Source: a virus. From it: DNA of 64,000 bases. Positions 63,761 through 64,000 of this stretch are shown in pieces. Numbering within the stretch: the stretch's first letter is position 1; every line of letters begins with the position of its first letter. Below the pieces are notes generated by a model. It made no database searches. It worked only from the letters and a program-made list of their open reading frames with translations, and had not been told where the DNA came from. The stretch spans positions 32,001-96,000 of IMG/VR virus record IMGVR_UViG_3300037755_001279; one strand, written 5' to 3'. The position numbers and the translations under genes were made by a program.

Positions 63761-64000
63761 GTGCGGCAAGCTATCACACGGGTCCGACAGGCTCGGCGTG
63801 CTCCGGGCAGTAGTCACAAACGCGAACGGTTTGAACGCCGCGGGTTCTAACAACCACGGCGACACGCCAACCGCCGGCGGCTGCCGCGTGACGTGCCGGG
63901 CCGACTTGCCGGCCGTCGTGATCAAATCGCTGCCCGCACCGTGGTTTGTCACACCACAAGACGTAGCGCAGGCGCGCGGTCACCCCGCCAACGCCTTGAC

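Overview
This is a 64 kb, high-GC stretch of a large uncharacterised virus or provirus. No host housekeeping genes appear anywhere. A Myxococcota-like host is inferred only weakly, from one DNA-binding protein and the GC content. Layout: (i) 1-6.3 kb virion and lysis genes (cell-wall hydrolase with membrane anchor, fibre/spike with S74 chaperone); (ii) 6.3-10.5 kb GT2 glycosyltransferase, dCMP deaminase, regulators and an AT-richer iteron-like intergenic region; (iii) 10.5-47 kb a one-directional array of dozens of short overlapping genes with sigma70-type promoters, including a MoxR AAA/vWA module, DUF4942-like protein, PEP-swivel domain and tyrosine recombinase; (iv) 47-64 kb mixed-strand genes for thioredoxin, three tRNAs, a ~325 nt structured ncRNA, a putative jelly-roll capsid-like protein, many tiny Arg-rich proteins, a DGQHR protein, NUDIX and a DnaQ exonuclease. 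The most notable signals: (1) modular proteins joined at L-x-G/LG motifs with Arg tails, whose modules recur in distant genes, suggesting protease-matured core polyproteins of a tailless membrane virus; (2) a promoter class GTCGG-N10-TAnnn(T) found 14 times, often as divergent pairs driving near-leaderless genes; (3) a compact, possibly ROOL-like ncRNA directly upstream of tRNA-fMet. All family assignments come from reading motifs by eye, not from database searches.
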